Virus record (IMG/VR): IMGVR_UViG_3300010049_000009
Span: 1-64,000 of that record
Length of the DNA: 64,000 nucleotides
Reading direction: 5' to 3' (one strand)
Source: a virus
Taxonomy: Duplodnaviria > Heunggongvirae > Uroviricota > Caudoviricetes
The notes below the pieces were generated by a model, which did not search any database, was not told where the DNA came from, and saw only the letters and a program-made list of their open reading frames with translations. Every line of letters begins with the position of its first letter. Position 1 is the first letter of the stretch. Positions 36,102 through 46,700 of this stretch are shown here, in pieces. Position numbers and translations under genes: made by a program.

Positions 36102-38081
36102 TTAATTAACCAAAATTTTTTCACTATTTTCTAAATATTCATCAATTCGTACTATTAAACGTTCAAATTCTTCATTTATTACAGGAGAACCTGTTAAAGT
36201 TGGTTTATTTTGTACTACAATATTTTCTGTGATAATTTTTTCTTTGTTATGTTTTTTATTTTCCATTGGTGCTGCTTCTGCTGCCCCAGCCTCTGCGCCA
36301 CCCACATCGGGTGCACCACCTTCGGCAGGTGCTTCGCCACCACCTTCTTCTGCGCCGCCGCCCATATCATCCATACCCATATCGCCACCTGGTGCACCTC
36401 CACCGCCGCCACCGGCAGCCGCTTCTGCTTGTCCTATTTCAGTAGCACCATAATTATATTCTGCATTTGCTTCACCATATAATGTATCAACTCTATCAAA
36501 AAGACCTGTTTTCTTAATAATTTGTTGTGTTAATACTAATTCGGTTGCCAATGCTTTTTCAAGTCGAAGGTCTTCCAATATCTGATTAATTTCGCTTTCA
36601 GGGAATTTCATAATTTCCCTTAACGCTTTTCTCCACGAATATACTGCTAATCCACCACCCGGATCTGAAAGAGCATCTTTACAAACAAGAATCTTCTTCT
36701 GCATTTCTTCAATACGTTGAATTTCTGCTTGTGTTGAAGGATTGTTCATTGTTATTGTAAAGTTATTCAGTTCGTCTGTAAAACCTAACAAATAAAGATG
36801 TATGATAGCAATTTTATTTAGTTCAAGAATAACACATTGTTGAATACGTGTAATTATTTTGGCAAATCTTACGTCAGTCATTGATAGTGTTCTACCTTCG
36901 GCTGGTGATGCTTCAAAATTTAAAAATACCTTTGGAATACCCAAGGCGGTGAGCATTTGCAAATGAAGATATTCTAAAATATCTTTAAATTTTTCAAATG
37001 CTGAACTACCACTTAACGCCTCGATTTTACTTGCGTCATTGTTACCTCTAACCGGGATAAAATAATCGTCTAAGGGTGACATTACGTTTTTAGATAAGTC
37101 AATATGACCTGTTTGTGGGTCAATTCGGGAAGTTCTTTTAAATCTGTTTGCTATTTCTTGTACGTATGGTTCAATGTCAGCATCGTCAATTAATCCAACG
37201 TCTATTTTGTATATTAATCTATCGTATGCTCTCTCCATCATATGTATTAACATATGATCTTCCGCCATCATTAATCTTCGCCATTGTTGTCTTGCACCAT
37301 TAATATATGAACAACCATAGGGGGCGGCAATCATATCATTCATTAGTCTGAAATGTCCCACTTGCCAACTATGAAATGTTTGTGGTGCACCTGCGCCAAT
37401 ATATTGAAAATGTGGTTGAAGTTGTGATACGTCATTGTTGGATACACTACCAGCGTTTTGTGGCATAACACCGTAGGGGTGTAAACTTTGAAATCTTCTC
37501 ATTTCGACCACAGGTACGGAGTGCCACGCCAATATACCGTTTTTAGATTGAATGTTTAACAGTTTATATTCGTTACCATATTTTACCATAGTACGGACTA
37601 GGGGTAATAGTTCCAAATGTATTTGAAGTCTATTAACGAAAAGGTCTTCTAAAATAAACTTAATTCTATCTGATTTTGAGGTGATATTAATTAGTGAACC
37701 GTCAGGTCCTAAAGTACATGTTTCTGATGCTACCAAATTTAAAGCCTGATATATTTCAGGTCTTTGGCACATATTTTCAATATCACGATACATTAAGTCA
37801 ACATAACCCATTGACTGTAAATCACGCATATTAGTACGTGCTTGGGTATGTATCCACGTTGAACTTAACCATTTGTCTTGTTTACCTTGAAGTAGTGCCG
37901 CATCATATTCCGCTTTATTCTTTGTTTTAAGAATAATATCGTTATTGTAATCATAGGTGCTCGGGTGAGATGACTGAACAGTGGTGTTGTACTGCCCTTT
38001 ATCCCACCCTGTTAAAGTTTTTATCAGTGCGCTATATATACTTATAGGTTTTTCTTGTTTCTTATCCATTATCGAATACAT
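36102..38081 (-). CDS. candidate portal (T4 gp20-like) or other large head protein, with a Gly/acidic C-terminal tail
   Basis: 659 aa, no NTP-binding motif, located beside putative head/scaffold genes; the family could not be verified by eye. Confidence 0.3.
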   Translation of the reverse strand: MYSIMDKKQEKPISIYSALIKTLTGWDKGQYNTTVQSSHPSTYDYNNDIILKTKNKAEYDAALLQGKQDKWLSSTWIHTQARTNMRDLQSMGYVDLMYRDIENMCQRPEIYQALNLVASETCTLGPDGSLINITSKSDRIKFILEDLFVNRLQIHLELLPLVRTMVKYGNEYKLLNIQSKNGILAWHSVPVVEMRRFQSLHPYGVMPQNAGSVSNNDVSQLQPHFQYIGAGAPQTFHSWQVGHFRLMNDMIAAPYGCSYINGARQQWRRLMMAEDHMLIHMMERAYDRLIYKIDVGLIDDADIEPYVQEIANRFKRTSRIDPQTGHIDLSKNVMSPLDDYFIPVRGNNDASKIEALSGSSAFEKFKDILEYLHLQMLTALGIPKVFLNFEASPAEGRTLSMTDVRFAKIITRIQQCVILELNKIAIIHLYLLGFTDELNNFTITMNNPSTQAEIQRIEEMQKKILVCKDALSDPGGGLAVYSWRKALREIMKFPESEINQILEDLRLEKALATELVLTQQIIKKTGLFDRVDTLYGEANAEYNYGATEIGQAEAAAGGGGGGAPGGDMGMDDMGGGAEEGGGEAPAEGGAPDVGGAEAGAAEAAPMENKKHNKEKIITENIVVQNKPTLTGSPVINEEFERLIVRIDEYLENSEKILVN

Positions 38082-38090
38082 TTAATATTT

Positions 38091-38104
38091 AATATAAATA
38101 GATG
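38091..38104 (-). promoter_or_regulatory. conserved motif (sense strand CATCTATTTATATT) 10-23 nt upstream of the 36102-38081 start
   Basis: recurring motif family. Confidence 0.4.
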
Positions 38105-38178
38105 TGGTAGTATTTCAAGATTTAACTATTGAAATTTTATATTGCAAGGTTATATTATCAATGTATTTAAAATTTATT

Positions 38179-38194
38179 CTATTTATATAAAAAA
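38179..38194 (+). promoter_or_regulatory. conserved motif CTATTTATATAAAAAA, 14 nt upstream of the 38208 ATG
   Basis: recurring motif family. Confidence 0.4.
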
Positions 38195-38207
38195 CTGATT
38201 ATTTAAT

Positions 38208-39038
38208 ATGAAACAGATAAGATCATTTAATAAAATGCATGCTTTTTTTACCTCAAAAATCACTGATTTGTATGAAACAGTGGAAGGTAAGAAAATAATC
38301 GGCAATTATATAAAACTGTTGAAGGAAAACGCTATATTGCGAAGACAATTTGATTTATATACACAACTTGAAGAGGGTGTAACCAAATATATTAAGGAAA
38401 GTGGTAAAGAGGAATATGTCAATGAGATTTTAAAATCTTTTGACGGTATGACAAAAAAACAACTTACCGAGGCTAACAACAAACTCTTTTGGTTCTTGAT
38501 TGAGAATGAGGTTATCACCGAAACTGAAAATCCATGGGGAAAACGAAAAGGTGGTGTAATTTTAAAAGAAGGCAAAGAAACATTTGATTGGATATTTACC
38601 AAAACCCCTGTGGTTTTCAGGAGTGCCGACTATTTGTTGTATGAAGGAAAAAAGGATTTATCCCTGTTTATTGAAAATAAGAAAAGACTTGGGGATAACC
38701 TAATTTTGAAAGAAAAAACAGTTAACGAAGAAGTTACTCCCGAACAACGAATAAAAAATTTCAACCAAAAATATCGTGGTAAATTGACTAACGAAGAAAT
38801 GAATCTCGTTAGAGAATTGGTTAAAACAACCAAACCACAAGGTGTAATAGTTGAATATCAAAAGTCTGTAACCAATTCTATTAACGACTTAATCAAAGAA
38901 ACAGAAGATTTTGAATTGAAAAACAAATTTCTTCAACTGAAAGAACAAGTTTTATTTGAAGATTATTCTAATCTTGATAAAGCAATGAAACTGTTTGAGA
39001 TTAGACAGGTAATAGATGAAATTAAAACAAATAAATAA
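38208..39038 (+). CDS. hypothetical Lys/Glu-rich protein (276 aa), possibly scaffold-like
   Basis: ORF; coiled-coil-prone composition. Confidence 0.45.
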   Translation: MKQIRSFNKMHAFFTSKITDLYETVEGKKIIGNYIKLLKENAILRRQFDLYTQLEEGVTKYIKESGKEEYVNEILKSFDGMTKKQLTEANNKLFWFLIENEVITETENPWGKRKGGVILKEGKETFDWIFTKTPVVFRSADYLLYEGKKDLSLFIENKKRLGDNLILKEKTVNEEVTPEQRIKNFNQKYRGKLTNEEMNLVRELVKTTKPQGVIVEYQKSVTNSINDLIKETEDFELKNKFLQLKEQVLFEDYSNLDKAMKLFEIRQVIDEIKTNK

Positions 39039-39470
39039 TTAATAATATGTTACAAAGATTTAATAGAAAGCACATACATCACATGCCAAAATTGGTTTAT
39101 CCTGCTCGAACAGTGTCTAATAAAACACCAAAAGTAGAAGTTGAAGAAGTTGTTGTACCACAACCAACAGGAAGACCAACTCAAACTGTTACAAGAACCG
39201 TTCAACCGGTTGTTGTACCTGTTGCCCCCGTAGTTACACCTGTACAAGAGGATGAAGAAATAACTATGGAAGTAGAATAACGGAATAAAAAACAGAAATG
39301 ATGACAATACAAGAACAAAAGAATAAAATTGGTTCGCTGTTGGGTGAACCTGTTGTTAATAGGGTACAACCAATCAAAAAAAATGACGGTCTATTTGAAA
39401 AAAAGGCGACAACTTGTTCTAAAATTTTGATTACAGAAGATAATAAATTATTATTAACCGACTAATAATC

Positions 39471-40409
39471 ATGGCAAAATATAATAGAAAAATATATTCA
39501 TACAAAGGATATAAAATAAAGGAAAACTTGGAAACAGGTGGTTTCGATATTTTTAAACCTTCGTGGGACCCGAACTATCCGGTTTTTGAAGAATTACCGG
39601 ATTTGGAACACGCAAAGGTGTGGATCGAATCTGATAAAAAATCAGACGATGAGGAAAGAATTATGAAGGAAAACGCTGTCAGGAATTATGCACAAAGATT
39701 CAAAATAATATGCGAATATAATTTTAATACCCGACTTGAAGAGGAAGGTGAAGGAGACCCCAACGCCGACCCTAACGCCGCACCACCCGCCGATCCCAAT
39801 GCAGCACCACCAGCTGACGCTGGTGTGGAAGGTGATCCAAATGCAGCACCACCGGCAGACCCCAACGCTGCACCACCAACAGACGCTGGTGTGGAAGGTG
39901 ATCCAAATGCTATGCCAATGGAAGGGGAAGGTGATTTTGAGGATGTTGAAATGGATGAAGGTGGACTACAACCTGACGACAACGTAATAGACGTGTCTGA
40001 AATTACCGGTAATCAAGAACAGACCAATAGTGAAATGGAAGAGTTGAAAAGTAAATTTGAACAATTGGTTCAACTCAATGATAGAGTTACACAAACATTG
40101 GAAAAATTGGCACAGTCGGCAGAAAGTAGTCAGAGTGCCATTCAATCTGTAAAAGATGATTTAGCACAACGTGTTCCAACTGAAATTGAAAAGTTACAAG
40201 CAAGACCAACACAAAGCGGTCCCTTTGAACACACAGTAGAAGATTATTGGAAAAACAGACCGGGTGGTGATAAATATGATATTTACCCCGATACCGAAGA
40301 AGATGGTGAACCTGAATATGTGTTGCGCAAATCTGACATTGAAAATATCAACCCACAATCGGTTTATAACTCATTCAACCAAAAATTAAGAGATATTATC
40401 AATTTTTAA
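39471..40409 (+). CDS. protein with tandem GDPNAAPPADPNAAPP(A/T)DAGVE repeats plus a coiled-coil C-terminus
   Basis: 63-bp DNA repeats around 39757-39900. Confidence 0.5.
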   Translation: MAKYNRKIYSYKGYKIKENLETGGFDIFKPSWDPNYPVFEELPDLEHAKVWIESDKKSDDEERIMKENAVRNYAQRFKIICEYNFNTRLEEEGEGDPNADPNAAPPADPNAAPPADAGVEGDPNAAPPADPNAAPPTDAGVEGDPNAMPMEGEGDFEDVEMDEGGLQPDDNVIDVSEITGNQEQTNSEMEELKSKFEQLVQLNDRVTQTLEKLAQSAESSQSAIQSVKDDLAQRVPTEIEKLQARPTQSGPFEHTVEDYWKNRPGGDKYDIYPDTEEDGEPEYVLRKSDIENINPQSVYNSFNQKLRDIINF

Positions 40410-40481
40410 TTGTTAAAATTCCTTAACATTTGTTAAATACAAAAATTTTATGTTATTTTATTGAAATAACATAATTTAAGT

Positions 40482-41057
40482 ATGATATCCCGCAAAGGTA
40501 AAACGGTCTCATTGGATATAAACAATAATTGGAAAATCAGTTATGGTACATTTGACGTTAAACATCCAATAACATTATATATTAAATTACAAACGTATGT
40601 AATACCATTAGAGGATAAAATAGATACGAACACTATTTTAAATTCTATTGGTGGTTATCAGATTCCATACAGCAGTATATTTTGTTCTCGATTTATTCAT
40701 AAAACCACATTTGCCACAGCAAAGGTGAAAAAGAATAAACCGAGTTGTTTAGTGATAACACTAACCGTAAAACAAGAATACAAGGGTATGACACCGTTTG
40801 ATTCCATACAAAAACATGTGGTTAATCTTGTAATTGATTTTATGGCAAAAATAACAACCCAATGGAATTTCAAATATAATTTATCAGTTGGTCGTCATCA
40901 GGTGGAAATATCACCTACCGACATTGAACTTGGTAGAGAATATAAGAAATTACTACATTTGGGTTGGGAACCGGAAGAGGTCGCTCAAAAAAACCACAAA
41001 ACCGTGGAGTTTATAATGAATTGTATTACAAAATCAAATCAGACTTTGTTGGGGTAA
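40482..41057 (+). CDS. hypothetical protein (191 aa)
   Basis: ORF. Confidence 0.5.
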   Translation: MISRKGKTVSLDINNNWKISYGTFDVKHPITLYIKLQTYVIPLEDKIDTNTILNSIGGYQIPYSSIFCSRFIHKTTFATAKVKKNKPSCLVITLTVKQEYKGMTPFDSIQKHVVNLVIDFMAKITTQWNFKYNLSVGRHQVEISPTDIELGREYKKLLHLGWEPEEVAQKNHKTVEFIMNCITKSNQTLLG

Positions 41058-41434
41058 AAATTACCGGGACCTGTTTTTCGGGGAAATTTAAGTTCACGTG
41101 CAGGTTTCATACTACCACTCGTTCCTGTAAATTTAAGTGGTTTTTGTTTTGGTTCACAACCAACTGAACTTACACACGCTTCCAATCCGTCTTCCAAAGC
41201 AAAAATACGTGCTTCTAATGCGTCTTTTTCTTCTTCCAACATATCTACCCTTTGAACCAATTTGGTAATAGCATTGATTATTACCGTTTCTTGATTTGGT
41301 TGTTCGTCATCCATTTCGTTAGGTAGTCCCTCTTCATTGGGGTTTTCCTGTAATTCTTCTTGATTTCCTTCTAATAATGTTTTCATTTGTTCTTCGTTTT
41401 TTTTAAGTATTTCTATTTCTCTTTTTGATGGCAT
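41039..41434 (-). CDS. coiled-coil protein (131 aa)
   Basis: ORF downstream of the sigma-like gene. Confidence 0.4.
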   Translation of the reverse strand: MPSKREIEILKKNEEQMKTLLEGNQEELQENPNEEGLPNEMDDEQPNQETVIINAITKLVQRVDMLEEEKDALEARIFALEDGLEACVSSVGCEPKQKPLKFTGTSGSMKPARELKFPRKTGPGNFYPNKV

Positions 41435-41454
41435 TGCTTTATTTTTTATTAAAG

Positions 41455-42267
41455 TTATTCGTAATTTGCTAACAAATTTTGTTTTGATTTCTTATAAATC
41501 TCTTTATATTTTTTCAATGAAGATTTTATTGTTTTTGAATTTAACAATGTCATTTCCGATATTCGACACAATATAAGTGATTTATTAAATTTATTTGTTG
41601 TCTTTTCGTGGTCGAAAAGTTCATCATAGTTGGTTAGTATTACAATTACAGCATTACCAACCAAACAATCGTTTTCATTCAAATCCGATTGTTCCATATT
41701 ATCAATTGACCACTGTATATCGCTTATTGTTGTTTTTATAATTGCGGCGATTAATTCATTGTGTTCAGCAGTATCTGTATCAACACTTGAATTTGCTAAA
41801 TGTGGAACTTCGTCTAAATTATACATTCTTTGTACAACATCACCACTGTCGCCACCCTTATTTTCTAATTTGAAATTGGATTTGAAATACCCTCGAAACA
41901 CACTTTCAAAATAATGTTTGACAACGGTTTGAATGTATGAATAACATTTTGTCCCCCTACTACTATCAAACCTGTGTAGTATTCCAACAATAAACGACAT
42001 TGTTTCAACAATAAGTTCGTCATCGGTCATATCAATCGGGAAACCCCGACTACGATAATATCTTCGTAATATAGTCTGCACCATTAGTTGGAGGGGTTTA
42101 TACATTTTCTCTCTAAAAAGTTTATCCCTCTCGAACTGATTTTCCAATGAATTGTATAAGATTATTGAATCTTCAAATTCACGGAAATAATCTCCGGTGG
42201 CACGTGTTACTTCGTGTTTTCGGGGGCGACCTCTCCCTCTCTTTGGTGTTTCTTTATTATCTATCAT
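41455..42267 (-). CDS. sigma-70-family-like (T4 gp55-like) transcription factor with an N-terminal AT-hook
   Basis: [22 protein letters not shown] resembles sigma region 2.2-2.3 ([20 protein letters not shown]) and the recalled gp55 segment [31 protein letters not shown] AT-hook. Confidence 0.45.
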   Translation of the reverse strand: [270 protein letters not shown]

Positions 42268-43037
42268 TTCTTATATTCTAATTCCCTTTGATGTTTGAAG
42301 AAATATTCTTGTTGGGCAGCCTCATAGTAGAATCTGTATTCTTCTCGTGGGATACCCTCAATATTTTTCATTGGTATAGTATAGAGTGATTTAGGTAAAA
42401 CTATAATATCTTTTTTGTTGTAACACATTCTAAGGGCAAATTCGTACCAAAGGAAATGAGGTATATTATTTTTAAGTCCGCCAACCTCATTAAATCCTTC
42501 TCGTTCTATTATGCCACCAGTAATGTTCATTTCATAAAGATTTTTTAAACCTTCTTCGGAAACCACACCAAGCCCTTCTTCTGTAAACCCATATGCAAAC
42601 CACTGTTCATTCAAATAATGATGAAACTGTGAATTGGTATCTATTACTTTTACTAATGGTAAATAGATAGAATAATCATATCCTTTCGACATATATCGTT
42701 CAACTGTTTCAAACCACGTTTTACCTGTCAAACCCTCATTTGGTTCCATTACCATGAAATATTTAGTATCTATTGTAGTAACAGCATAATTAATTAAATC
42801 TGCTGTTGAGGGATTATCATCTATTTTATACACCGCCTTGGTAACTTCAATTTTACCCTCTTCCATAACCTCTTTCATACTCAAACTATAATTCTCTGCT
42901 TCATCAACACTCTTTGACATTGCAAGAACAATACTTGAAGGTAAAAGTGTTTGCTCTTTAATAGTTCTTGTTGCTTTCAATAAATCAGTTCTATCATAGT
43001 TTTCCAAAAGAGGAATAATAACTGTTAAATTCTTCAT
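42264..43037 (-). CDS. possible GT-A fold glycosyltransferase
   Basis: the N-terminal LTVIIPLLENYDRTDLLKATRTIKEQ resembles a GT2 start; weak. Confidence 0.3.
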   Translation of the reverse strand: MKNLTVIIPLLENYDRTDLLKATRTIKEQTLLPSSIVLAMSKSVDEAENYSLSMKEVMEEGKIEVTKAVYKIDDNPSTADLINYAVTTIDTKYFMVMEPNEGLTGKTWFETVERYMSKGYDYSIYLPLVKVIDTNSQFHHYLNEQWFAYGFTEEGLGVVSEEGLKNLYEMNITGGIIEREGFNEVGGLKNNIPHFLWYEFALRMCYNKKDIIVLPKSLYTIPMKNIEGIPREEYRFYYEAAQQEYFFKHQRELEYKK

Positions 43038-43052
43038 ACTATTATTTTTATT

Positions 43053-43697
43053 TTATTCATTTAATTTTCTAATCGCATCCATATCACCGTCTTCTTCAAC
43101 ACCAACACTTAATACGATTTGATTATCTTTAAAACCCACTCCAATACCATTAATATTAAATGCAAATAATTTTGCAACATATTCAACAAATAGTTCGTCT
43201 TTACTGAATTTAACAAAACCATCTGTATTATTGTTTTCAAGGAATGTGTCTATTGTTTCAGCATAATTCACAAAGAAATAAACCAACTCCGTATCTTCAT
43301 ATTGTTTATTAACTTCGTTATAAACAGTAAGTTGATTTGTTTCGGGATTGAAATTGAGTTTGATATAATCCAATTCATCTGTTAACATTTCTATTAAGTT
43401 CTGATTTGGTTCTTCTTCCGCCTTTTCTTTGATTAATTTTAGTGTCAGTGTATTAACTTCTTCTGTAATGTTTTTTATAAAAACCTCTTTTTTACGACTA
43501 ACCATTGTCCCTTCTTCAACCTCGGACCAAAAACTCATATTTGATCTCAATAATTTGGAAATTATTTCGGATTGGTGTTTTTCAAACTTATATTTTTTTA
43601 GTACCGCAGGGACTTTTTTAATATAGTTAATAAATTCACTAACTGATTGGTTTTTTTCTTCAAACCACTTTTGTTCAAAAATATTTTCGTCTATCAT
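43053..43697 (-). CDS. hypothetical protein (214 aa)
   Basis: ORF. Confidence 0.5.
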   Translation of the reverse strand: MIDENIFEQKWFEEKNQSVSEFINYIKKVPAVLKKYKFEKHQSEIISKLLRSNMSFWSEVEEGTMVSRKKEVFIKNITEEVNTLTLKLIKEKAEEEPNQNLIEMLTDELDYIKLNFNPETNQLTVYNEVNKQYEDTELVYFFVNYAETIDTFLENNNTDGFVKFSKDELFVEYVAKLFAFNINGIGVGFKDNQIVLSVGVEEDGDMDAIRKLNE

Positions 43698-43792
43698 ATT
43701 ACTTTATGTTTATTATCTAAAATAAAATAATATTGTGCTTTTTCAATATTTAAAGAAAAAAGTGTAATACTTTTTTTGTTGTTATTTTGCAA

Positions 43793-46700
43793 TTAATTTA
43801 TGTTTGGAACATTTCGGACTCTTGCAACCCTATTAATTGCTGTTTTATCACCAGGTTCTTCATCACATTGGTCGCCTGTACCGGCAGATATTTGCATAAC
43901 ACCAATACCACACATTATCGGTTTTCCGAAATCTATATCAATAATAGTGTTAGTTGGAATTAGGTTTTCCAAATACGGCATAATGTTATTTATGAAAAAA
44001 TATTCTTCTGAACCGTCAATGGAATCATATCTGAATGTTATATTTTTACAATTTACAATTCTATAAAAATCTATTGCGCTTGCCAACCTATCATCAATAT
44101 GTCGGGTGTTTGCTGTTCTATCCTCTCGAAGAATGGGTTTACATTCCCTGAATCTAACATCATCTATGTATGTTCTGTAAATAGAATATTCTTTATTTAT
44201 CATTAATTTATCTTCCCAATGTTTTGTTGAAACATTGTCTATAACAACCATATCAACCGCCGTTTCATATACATTTTTTGTGGGTACAAACCCCGTATCT
44301 ATTTTTCTTCCATACCCCTCATTTCTATAAACCGGCCAACAACCTTTATTGTCTATATTACCTACTAATCTAAAACCAACATTTTCCAATTGGTAATATT
44401 GGGGGTTGTTCCATATACATTCAGGGGAGTTGCTTAAAGTGTAATTAAACAAACCGTTTAAATTTCTAACATCACCCTTCTTGTTACCTTCATTAAGTTG
44501 TGGTGTAATAGAATCACCGTTTACATCATTAATTCTATATCCAATATGTTGTAAATAACTGTTTCCGTAATCATATCCCAATGTACCGCCTGTATGGGGA
44601 TTGTTACCTTCATTTGTTGTGGTTATTTGAAAATATGCTTGAACATTGATTGTAACCGACACGCCCGATGTTTCTCCTGTTATTGTGTATAACCCCTCTG
44701 TGTCGGCGTGGGTTAAGTTTGCCCACCCTTCTTTATTCATTGCGTTGTGTGCATCTACCAATACCCAATAATTGGAAAAATTAGATTTATTCGCCGTTGG
44801 TTTCCACTCGTCATCATTTCTTACAAATACAAGTGTACCTTCTTCATTACCTAATCTTATGATTAAGTTTTTTAAATCTTCTATTGTTTCAACCAATCTT
44901 AATTCTGCTTGGGTGTCTTGATACCAACCACCAAATTGTTGATAATACAAACGCTCTGTGTTACCATGAAAGAATGGTACAGCGTCATACCGCCTAACAT
45001 ATCCTATTCCATTACATTGAAAACAAACCGCTCTATCAGTAACAATATATCCTTTACCATCACATTTTTTACAAATAACACTCATATCACCTTTGAAATA
45101 TTTTGTCATTGGTAATATGTGTTGTTCTTCTTGATCCCCCTGTTCTTTATCACTTATGTTATAATCTTCACCATTTTCAGTGTATGGGGTTTTTATGTTT
45201 AATGATATAATATTTTTAACAGGATAGAAATATACTTGGGCAGCTCCACGTGGAACGTAAGTGTTATTATTCACCCCACTAACCCCAACAAATTCTTGAC
45301 CACTTTGGTAATTAACACCATTATATTCTACATAATCAGCGTTTGTTGCATTGCGGGCATACACATCGTATATGTAACCAGGTCTTATACTACCTGTTGG
45401 TGCAAGCACTTCATCGGGTATCATATTATCACTTTCCGGTCCACTTGTACCATAACGACTTCCTGTTGCAACATATACGACCTCATTTAATCCCCACTTT
45501 TTTCGATCTACACCAAACAGGTTCATTAACATTTCAACACCGTGTTTTGTTCCCTTCCAAGAAGCAATGTGTGATGAATTGAGTAATAATCTTCGATAAA
45601 ATTCATTCTCAATATCAGTCGCATTATATTTCTGCTGCCATCCACCATATAATTGGTCGGTTTGTATGTCTATGTTATCAAAATTAACAACCGATATGGG
45701 TTTCCACCCGGCAATATCAACCTCATTTTTCAGAAGAGCATCGGGGTAATTATCTAATTGATTATATGTTAAATTATTGATAACTTCAATACCATGAATA
45801 TATTTTTTCAGTTCGTCATAACTTCTACCATATAATCTTAATATCTTATTAAGATATGTTCCACCTACAATATGTGCTTGTGCCAACGCTTCGTCTTCAA
45901 TTCTATTCAAAGACCAATCAAGATTTTTAATACTATCGTGTGTAAGCATACGATAAATGTTATCACATTTCATAGTATCCATATATTCGGCAGACTCTAA
46001 TAATGTGTTTATCATTCTTTGATAACTCACGGATTTCAAATCAATGTTCCACCCATCCTCTGTATCTAATGTAAAACTTTCATTGGCGTACATTCCGGTA
46101 TATGTTCCGTCATTATCTTTGGAAGGTGTGTAAAAAGTTGAAGTGTATTTTGGAACAGTGTTTCGATTTAATATTACTGTCTGAAAATCCGATAGATTAT
46201 TAAAAAATTCAGTAACATATTTTTCTTTTGGTTTAATGTGAAACCCTAATATACCCTCAGCGTTATTTTGTATCCCTGTTATATCAGCAACATAATTGAT
46301 TAGTTCGCAAGGATTGTGTTCGTCATCGTAGTTGAATGATATTGTTATTGTGAAAAAATCAGCATTAGTTCTCAAACGACAAGTGTTTGGAACAACAGGT
46401 GTGTTTAGTGTGGATAAAACTCTAATTGTAATTGTATCCAATAATCGCATTGGTGGGTGATAATCTTTTTTGAATATTTCTTCCAATTCCTCTGAATCAA
46501 AATCCTCATCCGTTGTTACAATTAGACTGTTATTATCAAGTGTGAATATTCCATTCGATGGTTCATATTCTTCGTGAAGAAAACCATCATCAAAAACATT
46601 TGTCCGACCAACATATCCAACAAATCCTGTTCTTTTTATATAAACGTATCTGTAATCCGTATCTACTCGCTGTATATCCCTCTTACATTCAGTTAAACGA

